A DNA stretch of 64,000 nt from Octopus sinensis (GCF_006345805.1 NW_021832714.1:1-64000), one strand, 5' to 3'; shown: positions 26,715 through 40,799, counted from the stretch's first letter. Numbers and translations: made by a program. The notes: generated from the sequence alone by a model not told the origin.

Positions 26715-26942
26715 TTTGAATTTTTTTCCAGTAATAATATTGTATACTACTCGAGATGCTTACCTTGCCTTAACATTTGTTGTCCTCTTTAACAATTATA
26801 TATCCGCTACATCGGAAATCTGCAATGGCTCCATAATGACCGCCTCGGCTGTGATCTTGGATCTCTAGTAATCCGTTACTGCACTTACCTAGCGTACCTA
26901 ATCGTTTAGATCACCTGTCAACTAAACCACACTACTTTGTGC

Positions 26943-27039
<97 letters not shown>

Positions 27040-27576
27040 ATACACACATATATTATATATATGTATATATTCTCTTTTTACTCTTTTACTTGTTTCAGTC
27101 ATTTGACTGCGGCCATGCTGGAGCACCGCCTTTAGTCGAGCAAATCGACCCCGGGACTTATTCTTTGTAAGCCCAGTACTTATTCTATCGGTCTCTTTTG
27201 CCGAACCGCTAAGTGACGGGGACGTAAACACACCAGCATCAGTTGTCAAGCAATGCTAGGGGGACAAACACAGACACACACACACATACATATATATACA
27301 TATATACGACAGGCTTCTTTCAGTTTCCGTCTACCAAATTCACTCACAAAGCATTGGTCGGCCCGGGGCTATAGCAGAAGACACTTGCCCAAGATTCCAC
27401 GCAGTGGGACTGAACCCGGAACCATGTGGTTGGTTAGCAAGCTACTTACCACACAGCCACTCCTGCGCCTATATGTATATGTATATATATATGTGTAGAT
27501 ATATAGTGATGATATATATATATATATATTATTGTGTGTGTGTATATATATACACACACACACACACAACACACAC

Positions 27577-27622
<46 letters not shown>

Positions 27623-27994
27623 AAATGTATACATATATATATGTATGTATATATATATACACACATACACACACACATATAAATGTATATACACACACAT
27701 ACACATGTATATGATCACAAACATTCCACACACATATATATATAAAACACATACATACACACACACACGTATATATATGTTCTAACTGATGTATAAGAGA
27801 GATTCTGCTATAGATTCGAGCAAACTAATGAAAAGTAGAGCTCAAATGATGTGTGTATGTGTGTCCTGTTTGAATAGATAAGTGTTATGGATATACATAT
27901 ATATATATATGTATATGCATTAATATGTATATATCTATGGATGTATGTATATATATATGCATACACATACATATTTACATATGTATATATATAT

Positions 27995-30621
27995 ATATAA
28001 ACATATTTATTTTTCCACTGTTTATATATATATTTTTTACTGTTTATATGTTTGTACTGTCGTTACCGTCTTGCTTTTTTTACCCCTCTGCGAAAAGATC
28101 TCAGATTTTAATGATTTGCTTTTCGCAGGAAGGAAGTTTTCCTTCGAAGTATACGTCTCGCTTTTATCCTTCGAAACGTTTAGTAGATGAAACCTTAGCG
28201 ACCGAAGAAGGGGATTTTTCGTTGTGCTTATTGTCCTGTATCTCTTTTTTTGCTTGTCCTGTTCCTTGGTTTGTGTCTATGTTTTTCGTCTCTCTATGTG
28301 TTCGACGTCTTTTTGGTGTCCTGTACACATATATGCGTGTATATGTACATGTAGAGGTAGGTACGTACATATATGTTTTATATATGCATATGTTCTATTT
28401 TTAACATATTATACGACTAAACGCACGCACCCTATTAAGTAAGATTGTTCTGTTTATCAAGTTAGCCTTGATATTAACTCTCAACGCGACTCTGCATCTT
28501 CTTTCTTTCTCTCCCATTCCCTTTTTCTCTTTTTTCCCTCACTCACTTAACTTGTCTCTTCCTCTCTCTCTCCCCCCCCTCACCGTTCTTCATGGTCTCC
28601 TCGCACCATTCCCCTTCTTCTCTTCTCTCTCTCTCTCCTCTTGCTCCTCCTCCCCCATTCCCGTCGTCCATCTGCGACGATACTTCCGTCGTAACTGCTA
28701 TCCTGTCTTTTCTCGCCCGCCTTCTAAGGCTACTGGTCGACATCTTTTCTCTCTCTCGTCTCACTATAATCCAGCGTTTGTGCATACTTCTTTCGTCTGG
28801 CGTTAACAGCCCTTCTTATCTTGTTCTCCTTGTCCTGTCTCTCACTGTTATATATTTATTTTTCCACTGTTTATATATATATTTTTTACTTTTTATATGT
28901 TTGTACTGTCGTTACCGTCTTGCTTTTTTTAACCCCTCTGCGAAAAGATCTCAGAATTTTAATTGATTTGCTTTTCGCAGGAAGGAAATTTTCTTCGAAG
29001 TATACGTCTCGCTTTTATCCTTCGAAACGTTTAGTAGATGAAACCTTAGCGACGAAGAGGGGGATTTTTCGTTGTGCTTATTGTCCTGTATCCTCTTTTT
29101 TTGCTTGTCCTGTTCCTTGGTTTGTGTCTATGTTTTTCGTCTCTCTATGTGTTCGACGTCTTTTTGGTGTCCTGTACACATATATGCGTGTATATGTACA
29201 TGTAGAAGGTAGGTACGTCATATATGTTTATATATATCATATGTTCTATTTTATTAACATATATATATATATACAATATAACAGCCTCTGATATATATAC
29301 ATATATATTAATATAATATATATAACATATATATATATATATAAACATATTATTTTTCCACTGTTTATTATATATTTTTTACTGTTTATATGTTTGTACT
29401 GTCGTTACCGTCTTGCTTTTTTTACCCCTCTGCGAAAAGATCTCAGAATTTTAATGATGATTTGCTTTTCGCAGGAAGGAAGTTTTCTCGAAGTATACGT
29501 CTCGCTTTTCTTCGAAACGTTTAGTAGATGAAACCTTAGCGACCGAAGAAGGGGATTTTTCGTTGTGCTTATTGTCCTGTATCTCTTTTTTTGCTTGTCC
29601 TGTTCCTTGGTTTGTGTCTATGTTTTTCGTCTCTCTATGTGTTCGACGTCTTTTTGTGTCCTGTACACATATATGCGTGTATATGTACATGTAGAGGTAG
29701 GTACGTACATATATGTTTATATATATGCATATGTTCTATTTTTTAACATATTATACGACTAAACGCACGCACCCTATTAAGTAAGATTGTTCTGTTGTAT
29801 CAAGTTAGCCTTGATATAACTCTCACGCGACTCTGCATCTTCTTTCTTTCTCTCCATTCCCTTTTTCCTTTTCGTCTTTTTTCCCTCACTTAACTTGTCT
29901 CTTCCTCTCTCTCTCCCCTCACCGTTCTTCATGGTCTCCTCGCACCATTCCCCTTCTTCTCTCTCTTCCTCTTGCTCCTCCTCCCCCATTCCCGTCGTCC
30001 ATCTGCGACGATACTTCCGTCGTAACTGCTATCCTGTCTTTTCTCGCCCGCCTTCTAAGGCTACTGGTCGACATTCTTTCTCTCGTCGTCCCTATATCCA
30101 GCGTTTGCAATACTTCTTTCGTCTGGCGTTAACAGCCCTTCTTATCTTGTTCTCCTGTCCTGTCTCTCACTGTTATATATTATTTTTCCACTGTTTATAT
30201 ATATATTTTTTACTGTTTATATGTTTGTACTGTCGTTACCGTCTTGCTTTTTTTACCCCTCTGCGAAAAGATCTCAGAATTTTAATTGATTTGCTTTTCG
30301 CAGGAAGGAAATTTTCTTCGAAGTATACGTCTCGCTTTTATCCTTCGAAACGTTTAGTAGATGAAACCTTAGCGACTGAAGAGGGGGATTTTTCGTTGTG
30401 CTTATTGTCCTGTATCTCTTTTTTTGCTTGTCCTGTTCCTTGGTTTGTGTCTATGTTTTTCGTCTCTCTATGTGTTCGACGTCTTTTTGGTGTCCTGTAC
30501 ACATATATGCGTGTATATGTACATGTAGAGGTAGGTACGTACATATATGTTTATATATATGCATATGTTCTATATTTATATATATATATACATATATATA
30601 TATATACATTAACAGCCTCTG

Positions 30622-30654
<33 letters not shown>

Positions 30655-30660
30655 AACATA
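27995..30660. repeat. Higher-order tandem array (X-Y-X-spacer) x2
   Basis: About 400-bp X unit at about 28000, 28850, 29345 and 30175; about 420-bp Y unit at about 28410 and 29755; AACAGCCTCTGATATA spacer at about 29280 and 30610. Copies differ mostly by single-base indels. Confidence 0.9.
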
Positions 30661-31304
30661 TATATATATATATAAACATGCGTGTGTGTATATATATGTG
30701 TGTGTGTGTGTATGCATATTTATATATGTGTGTGTGTATGCATATATATATATATAATAATTATTTTATATATAATTATATGTATACGTATGATTATTTA
30801 TGTATACACATATATATACACATATATATACACATATAATTATACGTATACATATTTCTCGAAATTGTACTTTTACATTTTTCAGAATATAAATTAAGAC
30901 TAAATTAGGAAGTGTGTCTTATCTCTGTGAAGTTAGATAAAACCGTTATGTAGGGGGCGCTGCTGTTCCAGTTTCACTTTTTACCTTTTTCTAAAAATTT
31001 TTTTTTTATGTCTTGTTATTTATTTATCTAATTCTTGTCTGTATTTATTTAATTACTTATTCATTTACAATCATATGAGGGAATGAAAAAACAAAAATTC
31101 TTCGTGGAACACTTAGACACTCACACCTATCCACGTCGCCGCCGCCGCCGCCTCGAAAATAATGAACAGAAAACTCCAAGACTTTCCTCCTTACACAGCA
31201 AACTCTTTTTTTTCAATTTGTTTTCATTTCCCAAGAGGCAGCATTTCATTCTGCTTCAGATTTTTGTGGTAATTATCAGCAATTCTTTTTTGGCAGAATA
31301 TTTA

Positions 31305-31319
31305 CTACTATTATTATTA

Positions 31320-31398
<79 letters not shown>

Positions 31399-31415
31399 CA
31401 TTATTATCATTATTA

Positions 31416-31449
<34 letters not shown>

Positions 31450-31737
31450 ATCATATTATTAATTATTATTATTATTATTATTATTATTATTTTATTATTA
31501 TTATTATTATTATTATCATTATTATTATTATTATTATTAATATATATTATTATTAATATTATTAATATTATTATTATTATTATTATGATTATTATTATCA
31601 TCATCACCATCATCATCGTCGTCGTCGTCGTCGTCATCGTCATCATCTTCATCATCATCATCATTATCACTACCACCACCACCACCACCATCACCATCAC
31701 ATCATCCTCATCTTCATCATCATCATCATCATCATCA

Positions 31738-31809
<72 letters not shown>

Positions 31810-31850
31810 TATTATTATCATCATTGTTATCATTATTATTATTATTATTA
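31305..31850. repeat. Compound (TAT)n/(CAT)n/(CAC)n microsatellite
   Basis: Direct inspection; source of the poly-L/I/Y ORFs in the track. Confidence 0.95.
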
Positions 31851-32029
31851 AGGCAGCGAGCTGGCACAATCGTTAGCAAGCCGGGCGTCCGTCTTCACAT
31901 TCTAAGTTCAAATTCCTCAGAGGTCGACTTTGCCTTTCATTTTTTTCGGGGTCCATAAAATAAGTACCAGTGAAACACAGGTGTCGATGTAATAGACTTG
32001 CCGCCTCCCCCAACATTTCAGGCCCTTTT

Positions 32030-33120
32030 TGACTTTTGCTTTGCATTTGTACAAGTTGACTCCCAGTCTCACCCAGAGACCTCAGCAGACAAGCTAGAAT
32101 TCATGTGTGGTGTTATGCCTAGAGTGTCATACATTTGGTTTTGCACATAGTATTGTTCTAGAGAATGTTTAAGAAAACATAAGAAAATTATAAGTTTGTT
32201 TTAAAATTTAAGATTGCATAGACAGTATTTTACATAGGATATGGGCAGTTCCTATGGGCACTATCTTTTGAATTTCTGCAATTTTGGTGTTTTTTTGGTA
32301 TCTGAGCTAGGTAGGAACCAGCTTCTTTTGCTATAATTCCTAGGTTACCTATGACACAGGTATTGTTTTAGTTTTGAGGTTCCACATTTTGCCAATTTCT
32401 GTTTCAAGATCTTTATACTTGCTCAGCTTTTGGTAGGTCTTGACAGATACATTTATGTCGATTGGGACAGTCATATCAATGAGAAGGCATGATTTTTATC
32501 TTCAATATGATGTCTGGCATACTCGCATCTATCTTTCTGTCAGTTTGAACGGCGAAGTTCCAGAGGAGTGAGATGTGGTCATTTTCAAGCACTGGAGGTG
32601 GTTTGTGTTCCCACCAGTTTTTTTCATGTGGCAAATCCAGGTTTTTACAAATTACCCAGTGAATATATTGTGCAGCTCTATCATGCCTGTTGAGATACTC
32701 TGTAGGCGGTAGAAGACTGCACATGGAGACAACATGATCAATGGTTTCGTTTTGTTGTTTACATACACGCCATGTTGGGCTACTGCCGTTCTTTAATATA
32801 TTGACTGGTAGCTCCTTATAGGTAGGCATTGATCTTGGGCTGCTATAATAAACCTTTCTGTTTCTGATTTCAAGCCAGAAGACACTAACCATTCATGAGT
32901 AAAGGTTTTGTCAACATCGGCGTTATTCGCTCTTCTTGGGTATTTGCCATTGAGAGGTTTTTCTTGCCATTTATAAGTAAGAATATCTAAGGCAGCAGGT
33001 TTAGCCCGGGTTTTCATACGCTTTGCTTTTTCTGTGTTTGTTGCCAGTACGTCTAATTCTGGGATTTGTTGTATTTGGAATTCCCTTAGATATTCCTATG
33101 CCTGTTTTGTTACTGAGTAT
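32030..33120 (-). mobile_element. R4/Dong-like (restriction-like endonuclease) LINE, 3' fragment
   Basis: WQEKPLNGKY...GLKSETERFIIAAQDQCL...CRVCKQQNETIDHVVSMC...RHDRAAQYIHW...LLWNFAVQTDRKIDASMPDII (CCHC plus PD motif). Confidence 0.85.
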
Positions 33121-33147
33121 GAGGCTTGCTTGTTTTCATGCTTTAAG

Positions 33148-33218
<71 letters not shown>

Positions 33219-33539
33219 CAACAGCAGCAGCACCACCACCGCCGCCGCCGCCGGTACCACCACCACCACCGCCACCACCACCATTACCACCACCACCACC
33301 ACCACCACCACCACCAACATCGCCACTACCACCACCACCACCACCTCCATCATCATCATCATTATTATTAAAATTTTCTTCCGTTTCTCGCCGGGTGTTT
33401 TCCATACACCTAGGGCAGAGAAGCTCATTGTATGCATTCCCAGATTACACACGCAAATTCACAGTTAAAATATGTATTTAAAAATTAATAAATATATAAA
33501 TTCATGAATGAATGTTGTTTTCACAGCGATAATGCTCTT

Positions 33540-34110
33540 CTCAGTACATGAACCGTTCCAGTTAATACGATTTTTTGCACTCCCTGTAGGATTGGTTAGT
33601 CTGGTATCATTTTCAAATAGGTTTCAGTACCTTTTTTTATCATTCCTAGAGTTCCTACAATCACAGGTACTGTAGTCGCCTTGAGATACCACATTTTTTC
33701 AATTTCTATTAGCAGGTCTTTATATTTACTAATCTTGTCATATTCTTTCGCCGCTATATTGTGATCGCAAGGAATACTCATGTCAATTAATAAGCACAGC
33801 TTTTTTGTCTGATCTTTTATAATAAAATCCGGTTTATTAGCTTTTATAGTTTTGTCGGTATGTGCGGGGAAGTCCCATAGAATCGACACATTTTCTCCCT
33901 CAGTCACAGCTTCAGGATGGTGTTTATACCATTTGTCAGCAGTTTTGATTTTATAATGTCGACATATTGTCCAATGTAAATACTGGCCGACTCTGTCATG
34001 TCTTGCTTTATATTCTACAGGTGCTAAAACTCTACACCCTGAGATTAGGTGGTCTATAGTTTCAATCTTGTTGTAAGAAGAGAATTCCTGATGCCAAGAA
34101 AGGAAGCTGC
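33540..34110 (-). mobile_element. Second R4/Dong-like LINE fragment
   Basis: IETIDHLISGC...RHDRVGQYLHW...ILWDFPAHTDKTIKANKPDFII...LIDMSIP...KISKYKDL...VPVIVGTLG. Confidence 0.85.
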
Positions 34111-34151
34111 GGAATGGACACGGACATAATGAGATGGAATGATTAACGATA

Positions 34152-34573
34152 TAGTTAGTTAGTTAGTTAGTTAGTTAATTTGGCTCAAAAGCAAATAGCA
34201 AGGCCATGTAGGGGGACATGGAGTTAAGTACAGGGTGGTGTTCATGTAAAGAGTTCAGGCCACTTGAGATCCAGGGAGGCTTTGAACAAAGCGGTCGTCG
34301 GCATCTTTACCATCTCGTCTGGCAGCTTGTTCCACAGATCCGCAACCCGGACGGAGAAAGCTCCTCTCCTTCGATTGAGATGAAATCGTCGCAGATAGAG
34401 CTTTTCGGAATGACCCCGCAGCCGACGCTCTGGAGCAGGAGTGAAGAACAGCTCTTTCGAGAGGTTACACTTTCTGCTTATGATGTTGTGGGCGAGAATG
34501 AGATCACTACGGCGGCGGCGTTTTTCAAGAGAATAAAGGTCGAGCGTCCTCAGCCTTTCTTCGTAGGACAAAT
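34152..34573 (-). mobile_element. CR1-clade LINE, 3' fragment
   Basis: SYEERLRTLDLYSLEKRRRRSDLI...RLRGH...FSVRVADLWNKLP; (TAAC)n tail; close paralogue at 47215-47764. Confidence 0.9.
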
Positions 34574-34659
34574 TTATGATATAATAATAATGAGGGCAAC
34601 AGCAACGCCCGCCGATTTATATTCATAGTTTATATTCGTATATAAATTGTAGTTGTGAT

Positions 34660-35105
34660 ACCAGTGCCGGTGGCACGTAAAAGAACGACCCGAACGTGGC
34701 CGTCGCCAGCTCCGACTCGACTGGCCTCCGGTGGCACGTAAAAAGCACCAACCGATCGTAGCCGTTGCCAGCCTCCCCTGGCACCTGTGCCGGTGGCACG
34801 TAAAAAGCACCATCCGTACGTGGCCGTTGCCAACGCCGCCTCGACTGGCCTCCGTGCCGGTGGCACGTAAAAAGCACCAACCGATCGTGGCCGTTGCCAA
34901 CCTCGCCTGGCACCTGTGCCGGTGGCACGTAAAAAGCACCCACTACACTCACGGAGTGGTTGGCGTTAGGAAGGGCATCCAGCTGTAGAAACACTGCCAG
35001 ATCAGACTCGGCCTGGTGCGCCTCCTAGCTTCCCAGATCCCGGTCGAACCGTCCAACCCATGCTATCATGGAGAACGGACGTTAAACGATGATGATGATG
35101 ATGAT
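34660..35105 (+). mobile_element. Non-autonomous retroelement with internal 62-67 bp tandem units and (GAT)n RTE-type tail
   Basis: GTGCCGGTGGCACGTAAAAAGCACC motif at 34664, 34728 (truncated), 34787, 34854 and 34916; then GGTTGGCGTTAGGAAGGGCATCCAGCTGTAGAAAC; ends GGACGTTAAACGATGATGATG. Confidence 0.75.
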
Positions 35106-35384
35106 CTATAGAAGATCGTTCTTTAAAATTATGTCCTTGAATATTTATCGGCAACAGCTGTGTATGGACGCTTCATCTGGTAGAATATTCCACTCGATGA
35201 AGCGGTCACATACGGCTGTTGCTGAAAAAATTCAAATAAATTGTAATAATTATAAAGAACGATCTTCAATTTTGTTATATGAATATAAACTCAACAACTT
35301 CAAGCTAGTGTACGGTGCAGAAACAAATGCTGTAATCTAACTATTAAAACCTGATATCCTCCATCCACGTGTTATATTATCCTT

Positions 35385-35992
35385 GTACATATATATGTAT
35401 ATGCGTATGTATGTATGTATGTATGTATGTATGCATATATGTGTGTGCGTATGTATGTATGTATGTATGTATGTATATATGTGTGTGCGTATGTATCTAT
35501 GTATGTATGTATGTATGTATTTATGTATGTATGTATGTATGTGTGCGCGTATGTATGTATGTATGTATGTATGTATGTATGTATGTATGTATGTATATAT
35601 GTATGTATATATGTATGTATCTATGTGTGTGCCTATGTATGTATGTATGTATGTATGTATGTATGTGTGTGCGTATGTATGTATGTTTGTATGTATATAT
35701 GTATATATATGTATGTATGTATATATATGTATGTATGTATTTATGTATGTATATATGTGTGTGCGTATGTATGTATGTATGTATGTATGTATGTATGTAT
35801 GTGTGTATGTATGTATGTATGTATATATATGTATGTATGTATTTATTATGTATATATGTGTGTGCGTATGTATGTATGTATGTATGTATGTATGTATGTA
35901 TGTGTGTATGTATGTATGTATGTATATATATATGTATGTATGTATATATCTGTGCGTGTGTGTATACACACACACACACACACACACCACAC

Positions 35993-36030
<38 letters not shown>
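35385..36030. repeat. Very long compound (TATG)n/(TG)n/(CA)n microsatellite
   Basis: Direct inspection; a similar array at about 63215-63400. Confidence 0.95.
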
Positions 36031-36037
<7 letters not shown>

Positions 36038-36687
36038 TTCAAAATCCCATCCACTAGCCCACAAAAATAAACAAACAAGCGGTTGTAATTGTGTATGGTT
36101 GGAGTTGTTTGAAGGTCAGGGTATCTAGGTCAAAGGTCATAATAAGAAAAGCGAAAAGGCAAAAACAGAGGCAATGAAAAAAGGTGGGGGTAGAGTTATT
36201 TGCATAAAAGCTGGAACTTTAATAGCAGGAGAAATGGAAAGAGAAAGGTGTGGGGCTAGGAGCAGCATTAATATTAAGCTGATATTAAAATTGATTGTAA
36301 TATGTTTATATAAATATTAGTATAATATTTATATAGATGTGATATTCATATTAATATTATGTGTGTATTAATATTTATACCAAGTTCAAAAGATCCTTAT
36401 GGGAAACGCTCAAACAAAATCTGTATCGCAGCAATATCTATCTATCTATCTATCTAAAAGCGGCGAGCTGGCAGAAACGTTAGCACGCCGGATGAAATGC
36501 TAAGCGGTATTTCGTCTGCGTTACGTTGTGAGTTCAAATTCCGCCGAGGTTGACTTTGCCTTTCATCCTTTCGGGGTCGATAAATTAAGTACCAGTTCCG
36601 CACTGGGGTCGATGTAATCGACTTAATACCTATGTCTGTCCTTGTTTGTCCCCTCTGTGTTTGGCCCCTGTGGGTAATAAAGAAATA

Positions 36688-36737
<50 letters not shown>

Positions 36738-36762
36738 CCTACCTACCTACCTACCTACCTAC

Positions 36763-36809
<47 letters not shown>

Positions 36810-38211
36810 ATTCTCTATCTGTGTGCCTATCTACCTATCTCTGTATATACACACAACACAACGCACACATACACAGGCGCGCGCATATACACATATACAC
36901 ACACGCACACAAGTTAAACGAAAATGTTGAGTGGTCAGCAATATACAAGGCGGCGAGCTGGCAGAAACGTTAGCACGCCGGGGACGAAATGCTTTGCGGT
37001 ATTTTGTCTGTCTTTACGTTCTGAGTTCAAATTCTGCCAAGGTCGACTTTGCCTTTCATCCTTTCGGGGTCGATTAAATAAGTACCAGTTACTCACTAGT
37101 AATCGACTTCATCCCTTTGTCCTGTTTTCCCCCTCTATGTTTAGTCTCCTGTGGGCAATAAAAAAAATACTGGTGTGGGTATAAACAATAAAGAAGAATA
37201 AAGCTCTACCATGCAAGATGAATAGGCCAGCATTTTTGTGGGAGGAAAATAGTCGTCGCCAGGGTTCGACTGATTCTTAGTTTATTGATCCCGAAAGGAT
37301 GAAAGCCAAAGTCAACCCCGGCGGAATTTGAAATAAGAATGTATAGCCGGACGAAATGCTGCGAAGAGTTTTGCCCGGTGTGCTAACGATTCTGCCAGTT
37401 TGTCGCTTAGGAAGAAATTACAACCGTGTTTCGTGGTCTGCTACCACAACAGCTCCTTTATAGGATCCAGTTAGCTCAAAACATCATCAGGAGGAACCAC
37501 GTCCGGTTTCGGCCCCTACTCCTCTACCGTTTTGACGTGGCGGGACTCCCCTTTCGGAGGTGTCTTCAGCTCTAGTGTTGGGTGCATGTCTTCTTTCTTC
37601 TGTTCCCTGGCCTCTTCGATGTATCGTCAAGCGAGTGTCAGCCGGTGACTGACTGACTTGTGAAATTTTTCCCTTTAAATACCTGCCGCTAGGCTCCAGC
37701 AGGCAGCCCCAGCAACTTGTCACGTGACAATAATATTTCCATATGATACGAAGTTTGTTAAATGTTGCTCTCAAGAAAGCAGACTAAATGGAACATATGC
37801 CAAGATTTTAAAAAGGGCGAAGCACGTTTGTTGGAAGCAACATTTAGTGAAAAGTATAATGGAGATTAACCATTGTTAACATTAACAATCAAACGGAGCA
37901 GACTTAAGTTTGTGGGAGATTGTTGACAAGGAAACGATGAAGTTGAACGGTAGTTGTTACCATGAGAGCCAGTCTATGGTAAAAGAAAAATCAGATCTTG
38001 TCAAAATATGTGCAACAGTTACTTAGAGGACACAAACATTTAAACACGGTTTTGTGAGGAATAGTAATCAATGGGAACCGAGTGCGGTAAACTTGACGTT
38101 TCATTTCTAGAAGAAAAAAGAAACTTAACAAATGTATGGTAGCAACAGCAGCCAACAGAAAATGGGGAAGGGAGATACCCTTAAAAATCAAGGACTCTGA
38201 ATAAACATACC

Positions 38212-38444
38212 TATTTCTTTATTACCCACAAGGGGCTAAACACAAAGAGGACAAACAAGGACAGACAAACGGATTAAGTCGATTACATCGACCCCAATGC
38301 GTAACTGGTACTTAATATATAGACCCCGGAAGGATGAAAAGCAAAGTCGACCTCGGCGGAATTTGAACTCAGAACGTAGCGGCAGACGAAATACTGCTAA
38401 GCATTTCGCCCAGTATGTTAACGTTTCTGCCAGCTCGTCGCCTT
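38212..38444 (-). mobile_element. SINE family A with 22-bp TSD
   Basis: AAGGACTCTGAATAAACATACC (38190-38211) versus AAGGAGTCTGAATAAACATACC (38445-38466), one mismatch. Confidence 0.9.
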
Positions 38445-39461
38445 AAGGAGTCTGAATAAACATACCACTAAAGAAAAGAATTTTTACTTATCCAGGGACA
38501 AAGGACTCTTAATGTATGTGTCTAGGTATCTCGTCAAAGTTGGAAAATTGCTGTACTGATGACGTCTACTGAGGTAGAAATATCCACTAACAGCAGCCCT
38601 GTTCTCTCCACATAATCAGACAGTCTTTATTTTCGAGAAAAGCATATCAGTTTTGGAGAATAATTAATTGTTGAAATTATTTCAATTCGTTCAGGCGTTT
38701 TAATATTTCATCTATCCACTTCCACTGGATTGGTACTTACTTATAGACCCTGGAAGAAACCGAAGACACATTTGACCCGGGAAGGATTTGAACTCAGATC
38801 AGTGAGAACCGGAACAAATACTGCAAGACTGCCTTCGATGAACAGATCACTAATGCTAATATGAAAACCTTAATTAATATTAATGCACCCAACGTTAAGG
38901 GTCTTTAATGGTTAAGAAAAAATAGGGTTTTGGTCCAACTTCACTACACCTATGTAAACATATGTACACACCAACACACACACGCATATACACCGCTTGC
39001 GCGCGCACACGCACGCACACTTACACACGCACACACAAACAAACCCATACACGTACAAATACAATCACACATGCAAACAAATGCGTAGACACATACACAC
39101 CGATACACACACACAAGCACACACAAACACTTACACGCACACACTGACACACACCTACAAACACACACATACATAGACACACACATTCACCCTGAAAAAC
39201 ACTCAGCCCCAAAATTGATCCCTTCTGTAAATTTGAGGCGGGTCTGAGTAGGGGTGGAGAGGATTGTTGACAGGAATAAGAAGAGGAGGAGGGGTGGGAC
39301 ATGGTGCGTGATAATGGCGGCAGTGGTGACGGTGGCGGAGCGAGGTAAACTCCGACATCCCGACCCGCCCAATCCATCCGTGACACCTTCCTCTACTCGA
39401 CGAGACTCTCAGGAGTTTGTAACATTATAGAAATCAGAAACTGTAGACAACAATGTGTGTC

Positions 39462-39495
<34 letters not shown>

Positions 39496-39994
39496 CTGTG
39501 ACCACGATGAACTACATGACCTAGTTGACATGGGTGACCTTGATGACCTGGATGATAAACACCATCCCCTCTCCTCTCCCCTCACTCTCACCCCCAACCT
39601 TTGTACTCACATTTTCACCTCAAAATCACCTGAATTTTATAAAAATTCATGGCAGACATTTGTAATCTGTCATTGATAGAGACGGAAATATAGCGTGTGT
39701 GTGCGTGCGTGCGTGTATTTATGTATGCATGTACGTATGTGTGTATGTACGTATGGGTGTGTGTGAGTGTCTATACCTGTTTGTGTATTTGTATGTTTGT
39801 GTTTATATATGGCTCTGTGTGTGAGTATGTGTGTGTGTATGTGCATGTTTCTGTGTGTATGTATGGTGTACATGAATGTATGTGAACGATTATGAGTTAG
39901 CAAGTGTGTGTGTTGCATAACATGAGAATTCAGTAAAGAAATACATGCAGAATATTCCTGCTATTGTTGTTGAAGTTGATGGTGCTGTATTGTT

Positions 39995-40790
39995 ATGGGT
40001 TCAGAGATATATAAACATGGTGGTGATCATCTCTGTATAATGTTGACGGATGTGATTCAGAGGGTTTGGCAAAGTGAAGAGGTTCCTCCGGATTGGCATG
40101 ATGCAACTAAGGAGATACTATATAAATATAAAGGTGGAAAGTATGTCTGTGATAATTATCGCGGCATCTGTCTGTTAGCTGTTGCTGGAAAGGTCCTCTG
40201 TAGGGTAATGCAGGATAGATTGCTTCTGCACATTGCTGATGAGGTTCTACCAGAATCGCAATGTGGGTGTACTATGCATATGATATTTTCGGCTAGACAG
40301 TTGCAAGAGAAGTGCATCGGACAGGATATGGACTTACACCAGGTTTTCATTGATCTAACAAAAGCGATTGATTCTATCAATAGGATTTCACTTTGGGAGA
40401 TCCTAATAAAGATAAGATGCCCTGTAAAATATGAGAATGCTTAGACAATTTCATGAAAAGATGGAAGTGCGAGTTAAGGTTGGAGGTACCTTATCAGATC
40501 CAATTTCTGTAGAATATGGTGTAAAACAAGGTGATATTCCTGCTACTACATTGTTTGCTATGCATTTTTCAATAGTCTTTCAAATAGCTTTTAAAGATTG
40601 CTGAAGGGGTCTATATAAGATATAGGACAAGGGGAAAACTGTTCAGTCTCAAAAGACTCTGAGCCAAAACGAAAGTTCTGCATTCTCACCTCGTTGAGTT
40701 CCTGTACGCAGATGATTGTGACCTGTTGGCACATTCCCTGAAAGATATGCAGCACATGCTGAATGCGATTTCTGCAGCATGTGCAGCATT
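39995..40790 (+). mobile_element. RTE (BovB-like) LINE RT fragment, degenerate
   Basis: CDNYRGICLLAVAGKVL...VLPESQCG...MIFSARQLQEKC...FIDLTKAIDSINR...GVKQGD...FLYADDCDL. Confidence 0.9.
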
Positions 40791-40799
40791 GGTAGCTGT

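Noticed and set aside
28140-28200. Hammerhead in the X unit (CUUC-GAAA-CG-UU-UAG)
   Set aside because: Only the 3' half matches; no CUGANGA-like core or stem I partner could be placed on either strand.
34664-34945. CRISPR-like array (25-bp motif every about 63 bp)
   Set aside because: The intervening sequences are homologous to each other (A/B types), there are no cas genes, and the context is a eukaryotic retroelement.
37440-37735. Solo LTR or hammerhead on the minus strand (TGTCACGTGACA start, TATA-like box, CUGAUGA...GAAA)
   Set aside because: No matching TSD or clear CA end, and no consistent HHR stems I-III.
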